64,000 nt of DNA from contig OZ244999.1 of NCBI GenBank assembly GCA_965223265.1, positions 8,928,001 through 8,992,000 of the forward strand. Direction: 5' to 3'. The notes below the pieces were generated by a model. It worked only from the letters and a program-made list of their open reading frames with translations, was not told the origin of the DNA and made no database searches. Both the position numbers and the translations under genes were made by a program. Shown here piece by piece: positions 29,864 through 42,919 of the stretch (position 1 is the first letter of the stretch; every line of letters begins with the position of its first letter). This stretch comes from Planctomycetota bacterium (lineage in GTDB: Bacteria > Planctomycetota > UBA8108 > SXIK01).

Positions 29864-31095
29864 GTGCCGAAAAGAAACACGTGGACGATTTCGCGATCCT
29901 CGGGGGCAAGCCCGCGTTCGAAGTGCCGCTTCACGTTGGGCGGCCGAACATTGGCGACCGTGCGCGACTTCTGGAGCGGATCAACGCGATTCTCGACGGC
30001 AATCGGTTGACCAACCGTGGACCTTTCGTGCGCCAGCTCGAACAGACGATCGCGGACTTCGTTGGTGCGAAGCACTGCGTTGCTATGTGCAACGGTACCG
30101 TTGCACTCGAGATTGCGATCCGGGCGTTGGGGCTGGGGGGCGAAGTGATCGTGCCTTCGTTTACGTTTGTTGCAACCGCGCACGCGCTCCAGTGGCAAGA
30201 AATCACCCCGGTCTTCTGTGACATCGATCCGGACACTCACACGCTGGATCCGAGTCAAGTCGAACGCCTGATCACGCCGCGGACGACCGGCATCATCGGG
30301 GTCCACACGTGGGGGAGACCATGTGAGGTCGAGCTACTCTCGCGTCTTGCCGAATGTCACGGCCTGAAGTTTCTGTGCGATGCGGCACACGCGTTCGGCT
30401 GTTCGCTGCGTGGTCGAATGATTGGGGGTCGCGGCACCACCGAGGTGTTCAGTTTCCACGCGACGAAGTTCGTCAACGCGTTCGAAGGCGGCGCCGTCGT
30501 CACCGACGACAGTGCTCTCGCCGACAAGATGCGGCTTATGTGCAATTTTGGCTTCGTCGGCACGGATCGTGTTTCGTACCTCGGCACGAACGGAAAGATG
30601 TCGGAGGTCAGCGCCGCCATGGGGTTGACTTCGATCGAGAGTATGGAGAAGTTCGTAGCCGCAAACCAGGCGAACTATCATGTCTACCACGAGCGGCTCA
30701 GAGCAGTTCCCGGGTTGTCCCTTCTGCGATACGACGAATCGGAGCGTTGCAACTTCCAGTACATCGTTTGCGAGGTCCATCCTGACGAGTGTCAACTCAG
30801 CCGAGATCAGCTGGTGACGCTGTTGACCGCGGAAAACATCCTGGCTCGGCGGTATTTTTGGCCAGGGTGTCACAATATGGAGCCCTATCGCTCCTATTTT
30901 CCAAACGCCGGACTTCTCTTGCCGCATACGGAAGAGCTGGCAGGAAGGGTGCTGCAGTTGCCGACCGGCGCGTCCATCTCAGCGCTTGAAGTACAACGCG
31001 TTTGCGACATCATCGAGCGAGCGATGGAGTTGGGGGGTGAGCTTCAGGGGCGCATCCCTGCGCAACCTCAGAAAGCTCAGCCAGCCCTCGTATGA
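29860..31095 (+). CDS. NDP-4-keto-6-deoxyhexose aminotransferase (VioA/DesI-like, DegT family)
   Basis: NGTVAL, PSFTFVAT, DAAHAFG and FSFHATKF motifs. Confidence 0.92.
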   Translation: MSAEKKHVDDFAILGGKPAFEVPLHVGRPNIGDRARLLERINAILDGNRLTNRGPFVRQLEQTIADFVGAKHCVAMCNGTVALEIAIRALGLGGEVIVPSFTFVATAHALQWQEITPVFCDIDPDTHTLDPSQVERLITPRTTGIIGVHTWGRPCEVELLSRLAECHGLKFLCDAAHAFGCSLRGRMIGGRGTTEVFSFHATKFVNAFEGGAVVTDDSALADKMRLMCNFGFVGTDRVSYLGTNGKMSEVSAAMGLTSIESMEKFVAANQANYHVYHERLRAVPGLSLLRYDESERCNFQYIVCEVHPDECQLSRDQLVTLLTAENILARRYFWPGCHNMEPYRSYFPNAGLLLPHTEELAGRVLQLPTGASISALEVQRVCDIIERAMELGGELQGRIPAQPQKAQPALV

Positions 31096-32081
31096 GCTCT
31101 ATCAAAACGAGCGTTCTGATGGTGGCCTACAACCAGGAGCGCTACATCGCTCAGGCGATCGAGAGCGCACTGACGCAGCAGGTGGATTTCCCGATCGAGA
31201 TCGTTGTTGCTGATGATTGCTCGACAGATGGCACCGGCGCGATCGCGCGCGACTACGCACGGAAACATCCGCATCGCGTCGTCCTTCTCCAACGAGCTGC
31301 AAACATGGGAGGGCGGGCGAACTTCGCTGACGCCTACAAGGCGTGTCGTGGTCAGTACGTCGCGCTTCTCGATGGCGACGACTATTGGACGGACCCGACG
31401 AAACTCAACCGTCAGGTCTCGATGCTCGACAGTCACCCGGAGTGGACGCTCTGCTTTCACCGTGTGTGCTACGTGTATGAAGACGATCCTGGGGCGGTCG
31501 ATGAGTTTCCTGTAGGACTCACCGAATCCGAATATGGAATCGAAGATCTCCTGCAGAGCAATTTCATTCAGACTTGTTCGCTCGTCGTGCGCCGCGGGTT
31601 GATCTCATCGTTCCCCAATTGGTTCTTTCTTCCAGGGCCGGGGGACTGGCCCTTCGCCTTGCTCCACGCACGATATGGTCGCATCGGTTACCTGCCCGAG
31701 GTGATGGCCGCGTACCGAGTGCATGGCGGCGGTCGTTGGACACGGAAAGACCGCGCCGAAGCTTTTGCGGAGTCGGCTGGGATACTCGCGGCGTTCGCCT
31801 CCGACCTGCCGCGGCGCCAGCGACGCTACGCTCGTATCGGCATTGCGAATCTGCTGCTGGAGCGAGCCGTCGTCCTCGCCGAGACTGGGCGGTTGAAGCT
31901 CGCTCGCAGCACTGCGGCCGAGTCGATGCGTGTCCACCCCCTCACTTGTGGAGCCTTCTCGCGCCGGCGCCTGGCGCTCCTCTGCCGTGCCCTGACGCCG
32001 AATCTCTTTCGGCGCTACGCCCGTGTCGCGGCGCAAGATTCGGGAGCCGTGCGGCGCGATCGAGAATCCGCGCGCGTTTGA
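31092..32081 (+). CDS. Glycosyltransferase family 2
   Basis: YNQERYI, DDCSTDGT and LDGDDYW motifs. Confidence 0.92.
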   Translation: MSSIKTSVLMVAYNQERYIAQAIESALTQQVDFPIEIVVADDCSTDGTGAIARDYARKHPHRVVLLQRAANMGGRANFADAYKACRGQYVALLDGDDYWTDPTKLNRQVSMLDSHPEWTLCFHRVCYVYEDDPGAVDEFPVGLTESEYGIEDLLQSNFIQTCSLVVRRGLISSFPNWFFLPGPGDWPFALLHARYGRIGYLPEVMAAYRVHGGGRWTRKDRAEAFAESAGILAAFASDLPRRQRRYARIGIANLLLERAVVLAETGRLKLARSTAAESMRVHPLTCGAFSRRRLALLCRALTPNLFRRYARVAAQDSGAVRRDRESARV

Positions 32082-32335
32082 CGGCTTCAACACCAGAGAC
32101 ACGCGGGTTTCTCGTCCCCAGACGAACGACCGCCCGTTCGGCTGCCTCGCAGTCGGAGCCTTCACCCGACGCCTGCAAGAAGTGGCGAGCCCGAGCGTTT
32201 CTTTCCGTCTTTTTTTGCGAGACGTTGGAGTCATCGCCGGTCTGAAGGTCGCATCGTCCGGCGTCGATTTGGTATCCTGGAGGCTGCAGATCGTTTCGTG
32301 CCGCCCCCTAACAGTGACCGCCCAGGCCTGATCCC

Positions 32336-35300
32336 ATGCTCAAGGTCGCTCGACTTCTTTTGTTTTGCGAACGTCCTCCTCGTGCACGTAGTCAATCGAG
32401 GTCGGCCACGCCACACTTTTTCGCGTTGACGTACGCAGCGTTGCTCGCGAGTCTATCGATCTCGCTGCCTGCTGAGCTGTGCGCCGAAGACGAGACTGTC
32501 GACTTCAACGTCGACATCCGGCCGATTTTGTCGGACAACTGCTACCAGTGTCACGGGCCGGACGAGAAGAAGCGACAGGCCAACCTTCGTCTCGACACCG
32601 AAGCTGGAGCGTTCGCCGACCTCGGCGGGTACTTCGCGGTTGTCGCCGGGCATCCGACCTCCAGCGAGCTCTATCGTCGTGTCTCGAGTTCGGATCCGGA
32701 CGAACGGATGCCACCCCCTTCGGCGGAGAGACAGCTCTCGGATCGTCAGATCGCACTGCTGAAGCGTTGGATCGAAGAAGGAGCGAAGTGGGAAGGGCAT
32801 TGGTCGTTCGTGCCGCCGAAGTCCCCTGAGCCGCCGCGTGTGCGCGACCAGCATTGGTTGCGTAATCCGATCGACGCGTTCGTCTTGGCGCGGCTCGAAG
32901 CAGCAGGGTTAGAACCGTCCCCAGAGGCGCAGCGGACGACCCTGATCCGGCGCGCGAGTTTCGACCTCACTGGCTTGCCACCGACTCCAGCCGACGTCGA
33001 GACCTTTCTCGCGGACGAGAGTCCGCAAGCGTTCGCAAACGTCGTCGATCGCCTACTAGCTTCGCCGCGCTATGGCGAACGCATGGCGTTTCGGTGGCTT
33101 GAGGCATCGCGCTACGCCGACACCAACGGATACCAAAGCGATGGTGAACGATCGATGTGGCGCTGGCGTGACTGGGTCATCGATGCGTTTAACGATAACA
33201 TGCCGTTCGATCAGTTCACGGTCGAACAGCTCGCGGGAGATCTGTTGCCCGCGCCAACCCTCGAGCAGCGAATCGCTACCGGATTTAACCGCAATCATCG
33301 TGGTAACGGAGAGGGCGGTGTGATCGCGGAAGAGTATCTCGTCGAGTATGTCGTCGATCGCGTTGACACGACGGCGACCGTTTGGATGGGGCTGACGATG
33401 AACTGCGCGAGATGCCACGACCACAAGTATGACCCGATCAGCCAACAGGACTTCTACGGCGTCTTCGCGTTTTTTCATAACGTGCCCGAACGCGGCAAGG
33501 CGGTGAAGTATGGCAACTCGGCGCCGATGATTCCCGCGCCGACGCGCGAGCAGCAACGGCAGCTTGCCGCGCATGACGACGAGATCGCTCGTGCGGGAGC
33601 CAAGTTTGATAGCCTCAGTGACGCTATCGACACCGCGCAAGCGGAATGGGAACGCGGGATCTCTAGCCAAGGAGATCGGATAGTGTGGGCGCCGACCGAT
33701 GATCTGGTGGTGCACGTCGGTCTCGATGACACCCTGGCGGTTAGCGCAGCCTTTGCGGCAGCGCGGCGTGGGGCGGTGTTTCAGACGGAAGACCCGGCAG
33801 GTGGCGACGCCGCGCGCGAGGCTGGATCCTCGCTCGAAGTCGAGCCAACCTGGCATGGAGGTCAGCCGGCGTTCGTCAGCGGTCGTATCGATCGAGCGGC
33901 GCAGTTCGACGGCTCCAGCTTCGTTGACGTCGGCGATGTCGGCAAGTTCGGTTTTTACGACAAGTTCACCTGTGCTGCATGGATCAACCTGCAAAGCGGC
34001 GCTAGCGGTGGCATTGTGACGCGGATGCCCGACGCGCGACCGTTTGCTGGCTACAACTTTCACGTTGAGGACCGGAAGCTGCAGGCGAACTTTGTGCGGC
34101 GTTGGCTGGACGACGCCATACGCGTCGAGACCGTCGAGCGCCTCGATCTCGGACGCTGGTATCACGTAGCAATGACTTACGACGGTTCGCGCACCGCCGC
34201 AGGCGTGAAGATCTACGTCGACGGTGTGGAGCAACCACTCAAGGTTCACGTCGACGAGCTGAATCAGTCGTTCGAGACGGACTCGCCGCTGCGCATCGGG
34301 GCGCGCGGCAAGGTAGATTTCTTTCATGGCAGCCTCGACGAAGTGCGTGTCTACGGCGCTGCGCTCTCGGCAGCCGAGGTCTCGGTCGTTGCGGCGCCCG
34401 ACAGTATCGACGAAATCGCCGCGATTCCCGCAGCGGAGCGAACGGCTCGGCAGCAAGATAAACTGAGAGCGCACTTCCTGTCCGTCGCTGCGCCGCAGGA
34501 GATCCGGGACGCCCACCGCCGTGTCCGTGAGCTCATCGATGCGCGCGCCGAGCTGGTTGAGAGTTTTCCGACAACGATGGTGATGCAAGAGCGTTCCGAG
34601 CCGCGAACCACGCATGTACTGATTCGCGGCGAGTACGACAAGCCGGGTGAAATCGTTGAGCCTGGTGTGCCGAAGAGCCTGCCACCGATACCGGCCGGGG
34701 CGCCGATGAACCGCCTCGGACTTGCACGATGGATTGTCGATCCAAGCCACCCGCTCACAGCGAGGGTGGTCGTCAATCGCATCTGGCAGATGTATTTTGG
34801 TCGTGGACTCGTTAAGACCGTGGAGGACTTCGGCTCCCAGGGCGATCGACCCACACACCCTAAGCTCCTCGACTGGTTGGCCACGGAGCTTGTGCGGAGT
34901 GGGTGGAACTTGAAGTCGCTCCACCGGACGATCGTCACCAGTGCCACTTATCGCCAGACGTCTCGCGTGACACCGGAACGCGTCGATCGTGACCCAGGGA
35001 ACGAGCTGCTTGGGCGTGGTCCTCGATTTCGACTCTCGGCGCCTATGATTCGCGATCAAGCCCTCGCCGTGAGTGGGCTTCTCGTCGAGCGTGCGGGTGG
35101 CCCTTCGGTGAAGCCGTATCAGCCGCCCGGTTTGTGGAAAGAAGTGTCCGGCTACGCCTACGTCTCCGACACCGGCGAAGGACTGTACCGCCGTAGCCTC
35201 TACACTTTTTGGAAGCGGACAGTCGCTCCGCCGACGATGACGACCTTCGACGCGTCGGGGCGTGAAGCGTGCGCCGTGCGCGAGACGCGGACGAATACTC

Positions 35301-35641
35301 CCCTTCAGGCGCTCGCTCTCATGAATGACGTAACGTTCGTCGAGGCCGCACGCGTACTTGCTGAACGGACGTTGAAGCAGGCGGAGACCCCAGCGGAGCG
35401 TTTGCGATTTGCCTTTCGTCTCGCCACCGCTCGCTTGCCGAACGACACGGAGCTGGCGGTGCTCGGTGCGGGACTCGAAGCGCACCTCGACAGCTACCGT
35501 AGTGATCCGGCAGCTGCGGACTCGTTCACGAGTATCGGTGATTCGCCGCGAGACGGTGCGGTCGATGTGCCGGAGCTGGCTGCGTACACCGCGGTTTGCA
35601 GCCTGATCTTGAACCTCGACGAAGTGGTCACTAAGGAATAG
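32336..35641 (+). CDS. Planctomycete cytochrome c / DUF1549 / LamG / DUF1553 protein
   Basis: [28 protein letters not shown], LamG insert, [11 protein letters not shown] and NTPLQAL motifs. Confidence 0.92.
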   Translation: MLKVARLLLFCERPPRARSQSRSATPHFFALTYAALLASLSISLPAELCAEDETVDFNVDIRPILSDNCYQCHGPDEKKRQANLRLDTEAGAFADLGGYFAVVAGHPTSSELYRRVSSSDPDERMPPPSAERQLSDRQIALLKRWIEEGAKWEGHWSFVPPKSPEPPRVRDQHWLRNPIDAFVLARLEAAGLEPSPEAQRTTLIRRASFDLTGLPPTPADVETFLADESPQAFANVVDRLLASPRYGERMAFRWLEASRYADTNGYQSDGERSMWRWRDWVIDAFNDNMPFDQFTVEQLAGDLLPAPTLEQRIATGFNRNHRGNGEGGVIAEEYLVEYVVDRVDTTATVWMGLTMNCARCHDHKYDPISQQDFYGVFAFFHNVPERGKAVKYGNSAPMIPAPTREQQRQLAAHDDEIARAGAKFDSLSDAIDTAQAEWERGISSQGDRIVWAPTDDLVVHVGLDDTLAVSAAFAAARRGAVFQTEDPAGGDAAREAGSSLEVEPTWHGGQPAFVSGRIDRAAQFDGSSFVDVGDVGKFGFYDKFTCAAWINLQSGASGGIVTRMPDARPFAGYNFHVEDRKLQANFVRRWLDDAIRVETVERLDLGRWYHVAMTYDGSRTAAGVKIYVDGVEQPLKVHVDELNQSFETDSPLRIGARGKVDFFHGSLDEVRVYGAALSAAEVSVVAAPDSIDEIAAIPAAERTARQQDKLRAHFLSVAAPQEIRDAHRRVRELIDARAELVESFPTTMVMQERSEPRTTHVLIRGEYDKPGEIVEPGVPKSLPPIPAGAPMNRLGLARWIVDPSHPLTARVVVNRIWQMYFGRGLVKTVEDFGSQGDRPTHPKLLDWLATELVRSGWNLKSLHRTIVTSATYRQTSRVTPERVDRDPGNELLGRGPRFRLSAPMIRDQALAVSGLLVERAGGPSVKPYQPPGLWKEVSGYAYVSDTGEGLYRRSLYTFWKRTVAPPTMTTFDASGREACAVRETRTNTPLQALALMNDVTFVEAARVLAERTLKQAETPAERLRFAFRLATARLPNDTELAVLGAGLEAHLDSYRSDPAAADSFTSIGDSPRDGAVDVPELAAYTAVCSLILNLDEVVTKE

Positions 35642-35667
35642 GAGAATTGGCGATGGTCGGAGATTCG

Positions 35668-37143
<1,476 letters not shown>

Positions 37144-37229
37144 GTTGGACGTCGATGGCAGGCGTGATTGGCGGCAGAGAGTCAGCGTTCAGCGCGACGG
37201 TCATCACAAATGGCTACCACGGCACGAGA

Positions 37230-38171
37230 ATGAGCGATCTACCCACCGCCAATGATGCGACCGCTCGCACCGACGGCCGACGACGAGTCGCCTTGGTGCT
37301 GCTTGGTGTCGTGGCCTGTGGGTTGGGCGTCTTCGCTGCTACTGGGTACGCCCGGGAGCACTGGTATCTATGGCAGCTACGAGAAGGCGACGAGCCGGCG
37401 CGCATTGCAGCTGCACGTGTGCTCGGCGAGATGGGTTCGACGCGGGCGGTCCCGGATCTCATCGCAGCGCTCAAGGCCGTGCCGCGACCGATAATAGACC
37501 GCCAGATCGTCTGCGCGACGTTGGGGATTGAGAGCGCGGAAGCGGCGCACTATTCAGTCGCCGCGCTGGCCGCGATTGGCGAGCCCGCGGTCGACTCGCT
37601 CATGGCGTTGGTCGGAGAGACTCGCTCGCATTCCAGCGCCTTGGCGGCTGAGACTCTCCTGCGCATGGGCGAAGTGGCGGTACCGGCGTTGACGGAAGCT
37701 CTTGGACATGAAAATCGGGGCGTCCGATCTGCTGCGCGCCTGGCCTTGGCACAGATGGGCGAGCGCGCGCGGCCGGGAGTTCCGGCGCTTCTCAACGCGC
37801 TCGAACATGGGAACACGGAGGCGCGGCGCGGTGCAGCGTATGTCCTAGGAGTGCTTGGTTTCGAGCAGCCGAAGATCGTCGAGGCACTTGTCGCAACTCT
37901 CACCGATGCAGACGATGAAGCGCGATGGGAATCGACGGTCGCGTTGTCCACCTATGGCGCTCTGGCCAAGGAGGCAGTTCCTGGCCTGACGTTGGCGCTC
38001 GGCGACGCGAGCTGGCAGGTGCGTCGCGGTGCCGCTGCTGCTCTTGGAGCCGTGGGACCGGCCGCTACCGCGGCGCTGGGCGAGCTGCGCGTGCTCGCCG
38101 AAGGGGATGCCGAAGTCCTGGTGCGGGAAGAAGCCGGGAGCGCGCTCGAGCGGATTTCCTCCAGGCGCTGA
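37230..38171 (+). CDS. Membrane-anchored HEAT/PBS-lyase repeat protein
   Basis: N-terminal TM helix and repeated AVPALxxAL...VRxxAAxALG units. Confidence 0.85.
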   Translation: MSDLPTANDATARTDGRRRVALVLLGVVACGLGVFAATGYAREHWYLWQLREGDEPARIAAARVLGEMGSTRAVPDLIAALKAVPRPIIDRQIVCATLGIESAEAAHYSVAALAAIGEPAVDSLMALVGETRSHSSALAAETLLRMGEVAVPALTEALGHENRGVRSAARLALAQMGERARPGVPALLNALEHGNTEARRGAAYVLGVLGFEQPKIVEALVATLTDADDEARWESTVALSTYGALAKEAVPGLTLALGDASWQVRRGAAAALGAVGPAATAALGELRVLAEGDAEVLVREEAGSALERISSRR

Positions 38172-38315
38172 AAGCTCGCTCAACCACGCTTCAACATTGG
38201 GAGCGAATCACGGTGCCTCCCGGCGATGAATTCCCGGTGAGCGGGTGAATGTCCATCTTCGAGTGAGAATCTATGCGGACACGATCGGCGGGTGAGTGTA
38301 AACGCTTACGTCCTG

Positions 38316-40973
38316 TCAGCGAATGAATGTAGATTTCACGCGTTCCGACATCACCATGTACGGACAAAAGATGAGAGAGCCAATACCTGCCACGATGATC
38401 TCCCTCGTCTCTTCCCGACTGACAGCTTGGGCGAGTATAGGGATCTTCATGACTATGGCTTCGTCTAAACCAAGAAAGATGAGGCTGAGAAGTGAGGTGA
38501 TGATGTATGCAGAGGGAAAAAGTTTTCGCTTCGCAAAGAACAAATAGATCAGCGTCAGCGAAAAGATACCGAACGAAACATTGGCGATCACTTCCATGAC
38601 CAGCAGTGGAGCGATCAGCGGATGATAAGACTCGCCGGCTGGCATGGCGAATTCCTGCCAGATGTCGAGCGAGAAATATGCGTTGGTCGCTTCCGACATG
38701 GATGCGACGATCTTTAAAGGTGAAACACAGACACCAAAGCCAACTAGAATAAGCAAGCCTCTGAAGGGCGGGGCTTGCTTCATTTCAGTTTGAGCGCTGG
38801 TCGCTCTAAATCGTGGTGTACGGCAAAGCCAGAGCATGGCGACGGCGAAGAGAACGCTGTGGCAGACAGCAGTCATCACCATCGCCCAGTTAACACCGTC
38901 CGCAGCGGCGACTTGTCCGTCGTTCGTCTGTCTCTGCTTGCTTTCGTCGGCACGCTCGAGATAGTTTCCGAGCGACTCCTCGAACTCTTCGACTTTCGTG
39001 AGGTAGTCCGCGATTTCTTCCGGCCTTACCTCGTCTTTCTTGGTTTCAAGCTCGTAGAAGAAAACTATTTCGCTGTCAGAAGAGCGAGTGGAGCAATGAA
39101 ACGAAAACGCCTCGTGTGAGACCATGATTTGATCATCACTCACGTCCCAATCCTCGGGAAGCCGCACGGCAATTTCATGCTGTTTTCGCAGCGGATAGGA
39201 GAGCTCGACAGGCATTGTGCGCAAACGCGTTCTGGGTTCAGTCAGCACCGAGTTAAGACTGTCCGGATAAAACGACGCTGTAGGTCGTTGGTCGTCACCT
39301 GAAGAACTCCAAAGATCCTTTATTCGATACTCTTCGGCCACCTTGATCACGTTGTTTACTTCATCGTCTTCGACCTTCAGATCTCCGTGGATCGCGATTC
39401 CGTCGTAGAACTTCGCATAGTAATTCAAATAGTCGTCTTGAAGAGTCCGACGATCGGTTTCTGACAACGTCATTCGCATGCCGTCCGCATCGCCGCCGAA
39501 ATACGTTGTAGCGATACGAACCGAAGTCGCCTCGTCATACGAAGCGATGTCGAAGTCCTCCCGAACACGAGTCTCGGGTGTGCTCTCCTTTGGCACGATC
39601 ACCGGCTCCAGCTGCGTGTTCCCGGGCCGGATGACCAAAGCATAACCGTATTGGGGTAGATACAGGTTCTGCAGCTTCCCGCGTTGATAGGTCCTTGTTG
39701 GGTCCACCCAGACCTCGCTTCCAGGCACTCGAACTTTCACGATCACGTGATTGAACGCGTTTGGTGACGGCAGGCGATCCGCGAGAGACTTTCGGATCGA
39801 CGTGTTCACCAGGGCGGGATAACACTCGATGTCCATTGCTCGCAGAAACGTACAAAGCAAATATGCCTTATCTTTGCAGTCACCGAATCTCCGTTGGAAA
39901 GTGTGAACGGGCACAGAAGGTCGGTATGATCCGGGTCCAAGCTCGATTCCGAGATATCTCAGCTCGTCTTGCACGAAACGAATTGCCGCGCTCGCCCTTG
40001 CCGCGCTGGAGCTGTGGGCGTTTTCCCAGCGCTCAACCAGCTCAGACATTTCTGGAGTCAAAGAGTCCTCCACAGATGTGTAGAGATTCAACGCCCAGCG
40101 CACGACGTCGCCCCAGCTGTCGAAATCGCTGAGTTCGACATAAGAATAGGCCTCGTAGTGACTCGGAGACCGATCCTCCAAGATCAACGCCGGCTGCGGC
40201 GAGATTTCCCACACGAACTCTGTAGCGTCGCCGTCTTTCGTAATGTGAGGATCGAAAGCATCTCGATGCGCGCGCCATCGAAGTGACCCCTCCTTCGACC
40301 ACCGTACTCGGTAGTACTGCCTCTCTATCGGAACAGACCAGCGGACGTATAGACGACTCGAGTAATGTCCGTCCAAGACGGGGTTAGTTCCTCGATGTGT
40401 GTACGAGTACTCCACTACATCGCCGACGCGGAGGTCTCCTAGAAGCACCACGGCTGAATAGCGGCCGTCATAGATGTCGTTCGCTAACCGAGATTCTGGC
40501 TGAATGATCTTAACTGCACCGTCGTCAAGCTGTGTCCTTTCCTTCCCTTCACGGTGTACGTTGACTTTGTGGATCGTCAGCTCTTCAAAACTTGGATCGA
40601 AAGATACTGTCACGGTACCGTTCTCTTGAACGCCGGTCTCGTTTAGCATTTCGCGAACGTGGTGCGAATAAGTCTCTTCGTTCTCTGGATGTGCTTGATA
40701 TACCGTGAGTATGTAGCGAGTGGCGACGCCCGCATTTGGGTCGACCGACGACAGACTTCGACTCCAGTCGACGGTGTGTACCCAGTCGGGTTTCGGAGCA
40801 ATACGGACCTCCGGCGTTTCAGCCGCCGTCGCCGCATCGAACATCAGAAAGACGATCGCTAGAACGCAGGATGCCAGTGAACAGTTGATGTGCCCCAAGG
40901 ATCTTCCACTTCGCCGATCGCGAATCGCTCCCGGCGAGTTCCTAAGTGGTTGAGGTGATTGGATCAGTGACAT
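38316..40973 (-). CDS. DUF3857 + transglutaminase-like + DUF2569-like membrane protein
   Basis: DLRVGDVVEYSY, GDCKDKA, FNHVI, WVDPT motifs and C-terminal TM helices ending SERVKSTF. Confidence 0.88.
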   Translation of the reverse strand: MSLIQSPQPLRNSPGAIRDRRSGRSLGHINCSLASCVLAIVFLMFDAATAAETPEVRIAPKPDWVHTVDWSRSLSSVDPNAGVATRYILTVYQAHPENEETYSHHVREMLNETGVQENGTVTVSFDPSFEELTIHKVNVHREGKERTQLDDGAVKIIQPESRLANDIYDGRYSAVVLLGDLRVGDVVEYSYTHRGTNPVLDGHYSSRLYVRWSVPIERQYYRVRWSKEGSLRWRAHRDAFDPHITKDGDATEFVWEISPQPALILEDRSPSHYEAYSYVELSDFDSWGDVVRWALNLYTSVEDSLTPEMSELVERWENAHSSSAARASAAIRFVQDELRYLGIELGPGSYRPSVPVHTFQRRFGDCKDKAYLLCTFLRAMDIECYPALVNTSIRKSLADRLPSPNAFNHVIVKVRVPGSEVWVDPTRTYQRGKLQNLYLPQYGYALVIRPGNTQLEPVIVPKESTPETRVREDFDIASYDEATSVRIATTYFGGDADGMRMTLSETDRRTLQDDYLNYYAKFYDGIAIHGDLKVEDDEVNNVIKVAEEYRIKDLWSSSGDDQRPTASFYPDSLNSVLTEPRTRLRTMPVELSYPLRKQHEIAVRLPEDWDVSDDQIMVSHEAFSFHCSTRSSDSEIVFFYELETKKDEVRPEEIADYLTKVEEFEESLGNYLERADESKQRQTNDGQVAAADGVNWAMVMTAVCHSVLFAVAMLWLCRTPRFRATSAQTEMKQAPPFRGLLILVGFGVCVSPLKIVASMSEATNAYFSLDIWQEFAMPAGESYHPLIAPLLVMEVIANVSFGIFSLTLIYLFFAKRKLFPSAYIITSLLSLIFLGLDEAIVMKIPILAQAVSREETREIIVAGIGSLIFCPYMVMSERVKSTFIR

Positions 40974-41069
40974 TGTGCCGCGATTTCATGACTGAATTGG
41001 AGGTCTGCGGGCGATTGTCCACGCAGGGTCAGAGGCTAACAGACCGAGAGTCACCAGATTTTCCGAGCA

Positions 41070-42053
41070 CTAAGCGTAACCCTCATCGCGAAACCACTTC
41101 ACCGCCTTTTCGAGCGCAACTTCTGGTGCGGTCTGTGGCAGCCCGAGCGCATCGACCGCCTTGCGGGCGCTGAAGAACATTGTCTTGCGCGCGATTTTGA
41201 CGCTTTCGAGCGGAATAGCAGGCGGTCGTCCCGTCACACGTGCTATCGCCGTGCTGGCGGCAGCGGCGGACCAAGCCATGGTGTACGGAACGCGGCGGCG
41301 CGGCGCGCGAATGCCGGTCAGCTGCGCTAGGATTGTGAAGATCTGCTTTAGGTGCAGGTTCTGATTGCCGAGTATGTAGCGCTCTCCGACCTTGCCACGA
41401 TCCGCCGCGAGGAGATGTCCGGCGGCGACGTCTTCGACGTCGACGACGTTGAGACCGGTGTCGAGGTAGGCCTTCATCTTGCCGCGCATGAAGTCGACGA
41501 TCATTTGCCCCGTCGGAGTCGGCTTACGGTCTGCGGCGCCCACTGGTGCGCTCGGGTTGACGATGATCACCGGTGTGCCAGAGGCCGCTAGCTGCTTGAC
41601 CTTCTCCTCAGCGAGAAACTTCGAGCGTTTGTAGTGACCGACCATATCGTTCAGGCTGACATCCGTCTCCTCGTCGGCCGGGGTGCGATCGGCATGCAGG
41701 CCCAACGCGCCGACCGTGCTGGTGTACACGATGCGCTCGACGTTGGCCTGAGCCGCCGCGCTGATCAACTTTTCGGTTCCCGCGACGTTGGTTTCGTACA
41801 TGAGTTGCGGATCGCGCAGCCAAAACGTGTACAGCGCGGCGACGTGAAAGAGGCGGCTACACCCCTCCAGCTTTTCGGCCATGCCGTCGCCGTCAAGAAG
41901 GCTGCCACGCACGACTTCGACACCCGGGAGCGCTTCGAGAAAGTCAGCAGTCGTCGACGGCTGCACGAGCGCGCGCACCTTCTCTCCACGCTCCACGAGC
42001 TGGCGTACGACATGCCAGCCGACGAATCCAGTGCCACCAGTGACGAAATTCAT
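41070..42053 (-). CDS. hpnA: Hopanoid-associated NAD-dependent sugar epimerase
   Basis: TGGTGFVG, FHVAALY, GHYKRSKFLAE, KPTPTGQ and DTGLNVVDV motifs. Confidence 0.8.
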   Translation of the reverse strand: MNFVTGGTGFVGWHVVRQLVERGEKVRALVQPSTTADFLEALPGVEVVRGSLLDGDGMAEKLEGCSRLFHVAALYTFWLRDPQLMYETNVAGTEKLISAAAQANVERIVYTSTVGALGLHADRTPADEETDVSLNDMVGHYKRSKFLAEEKVKQLAASGTPVIIVNPSAPVGAADRKPTPTGQMIVDFMRGKMKAYLDTGLNVVDVEDVAAGHLLAADRGKVGERYILGNQNLHLKQIFTILAQLTGIRAPRRRVPYTMAWSAAAASTAIARVTGRPPAIPLESVKIARKTMFFSARKAVDALGLPQTAPEVALEKAVKWFRDEGYA

Positions 42054-42149
42054 GCGCAAAACTATAGTGTCTCGAGTCAAGAATTCGTAGCGTTATGTTT
42101 CGCTCCGAGGCACGCGAAACGACCGCAGTGACGTCGAGAGAGGTCAGCC

Positions 42150-42881
42150 ATGTCCCTACTGAAGGAAAAGATCTGCATTATTACCGGTGCCGGCACAGGG
42201 ATCGGCAAGGGCATCGCGCGGGCTTACGCGCGCGAAGGCGCGAAGCTCGTGCTTGCGTCCCGGCAGCGCGACAATTTGGAGAGGACCGCAGAGGAAGTTC
42301 GTGCAGGCGGTGGTGAGGCGCTTGTTGTCCCAACTGACGTGACCGTCGAGACTCAAGTTGTTGCGCTCTTTGAGAAGACGGTCTCCGAGTTCGGCAGACT
42401 CGACGTGCTGGTCAATAACTCCGGCGTTTTCGACGGTGGACCGATCGACGAACTGTCGTTGGCGACGTGGCAAAAGGTGGTCGATGTGAACTTGACGGGG
42501 CCGTTTCTCTGTTCGCGCGAGGCCATGAAGATCATGAAGCGTCAGCGCGGTGGGCGGATCATCAACGTCGGGAGTATCTCGGCGCAGATGCCGCGCTACA
42601 ACTCTGTGCCGTACACGACGACAAAGCACGGCCTCACGGGCATGACGAAAGCAACCGCACTCGAAGGCCGTGAGTACGGGGTCGTCGTCAGTGCACTACA
42701 TCCGGGCAACGTGCTCACGGAGCGTCGAGCGTCGAGCGACTCCGAAGCTGATCAAGAGCCTATGATGTCGACCGACGAGATCGCCAAGGTTGCGGTGACC
42801 ATGGCTGCACTCGATTCCGGCGTTAATCTTTTAGAGGCGATCGTTCTGCCTGTCGAACAGCTTTACGTCGGGCGCGGATAA
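42150..42881 (+). CDS. Short-chain dehydrogenase/reductase
   Basis: TGAGTGIG, NNSG and YTTTK motifs. Confidence 0.92.
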   Translation: MSLLKEKICIITGAGTGIGKGIARAYAREGAKLVLASRQRDNLERTAEEVRAGGGEALVVPTDVTVETQVVALFEKTVSEFGRLDVLVNNSGVFDGGPIDELSLATWQKVVDVNLTGPFLCSREAMKIMKRQRGGRIINVGSISAQMPRYNSVPYTTTKHGLTGMTKATALEGREYGVVVSALHPGNVLTERRASSDSEADQEPMMSTDEIAKVAVTMAALDSGVNLLEAIVLPVEQLYVGRG

Positions 42882-42919
42882 CGACTCTTCAATCTCCACA
42901 CTCATGAAGCTCCAGCACC

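Noticed and set aside
33056-35485. 809-aa antisense ORF and similar long shadow ORFs (19-1194, 20079-21158)
   Set aside because: They lie opposite well-supported genes, as expected from high-GC codon bias, and have no motifs.
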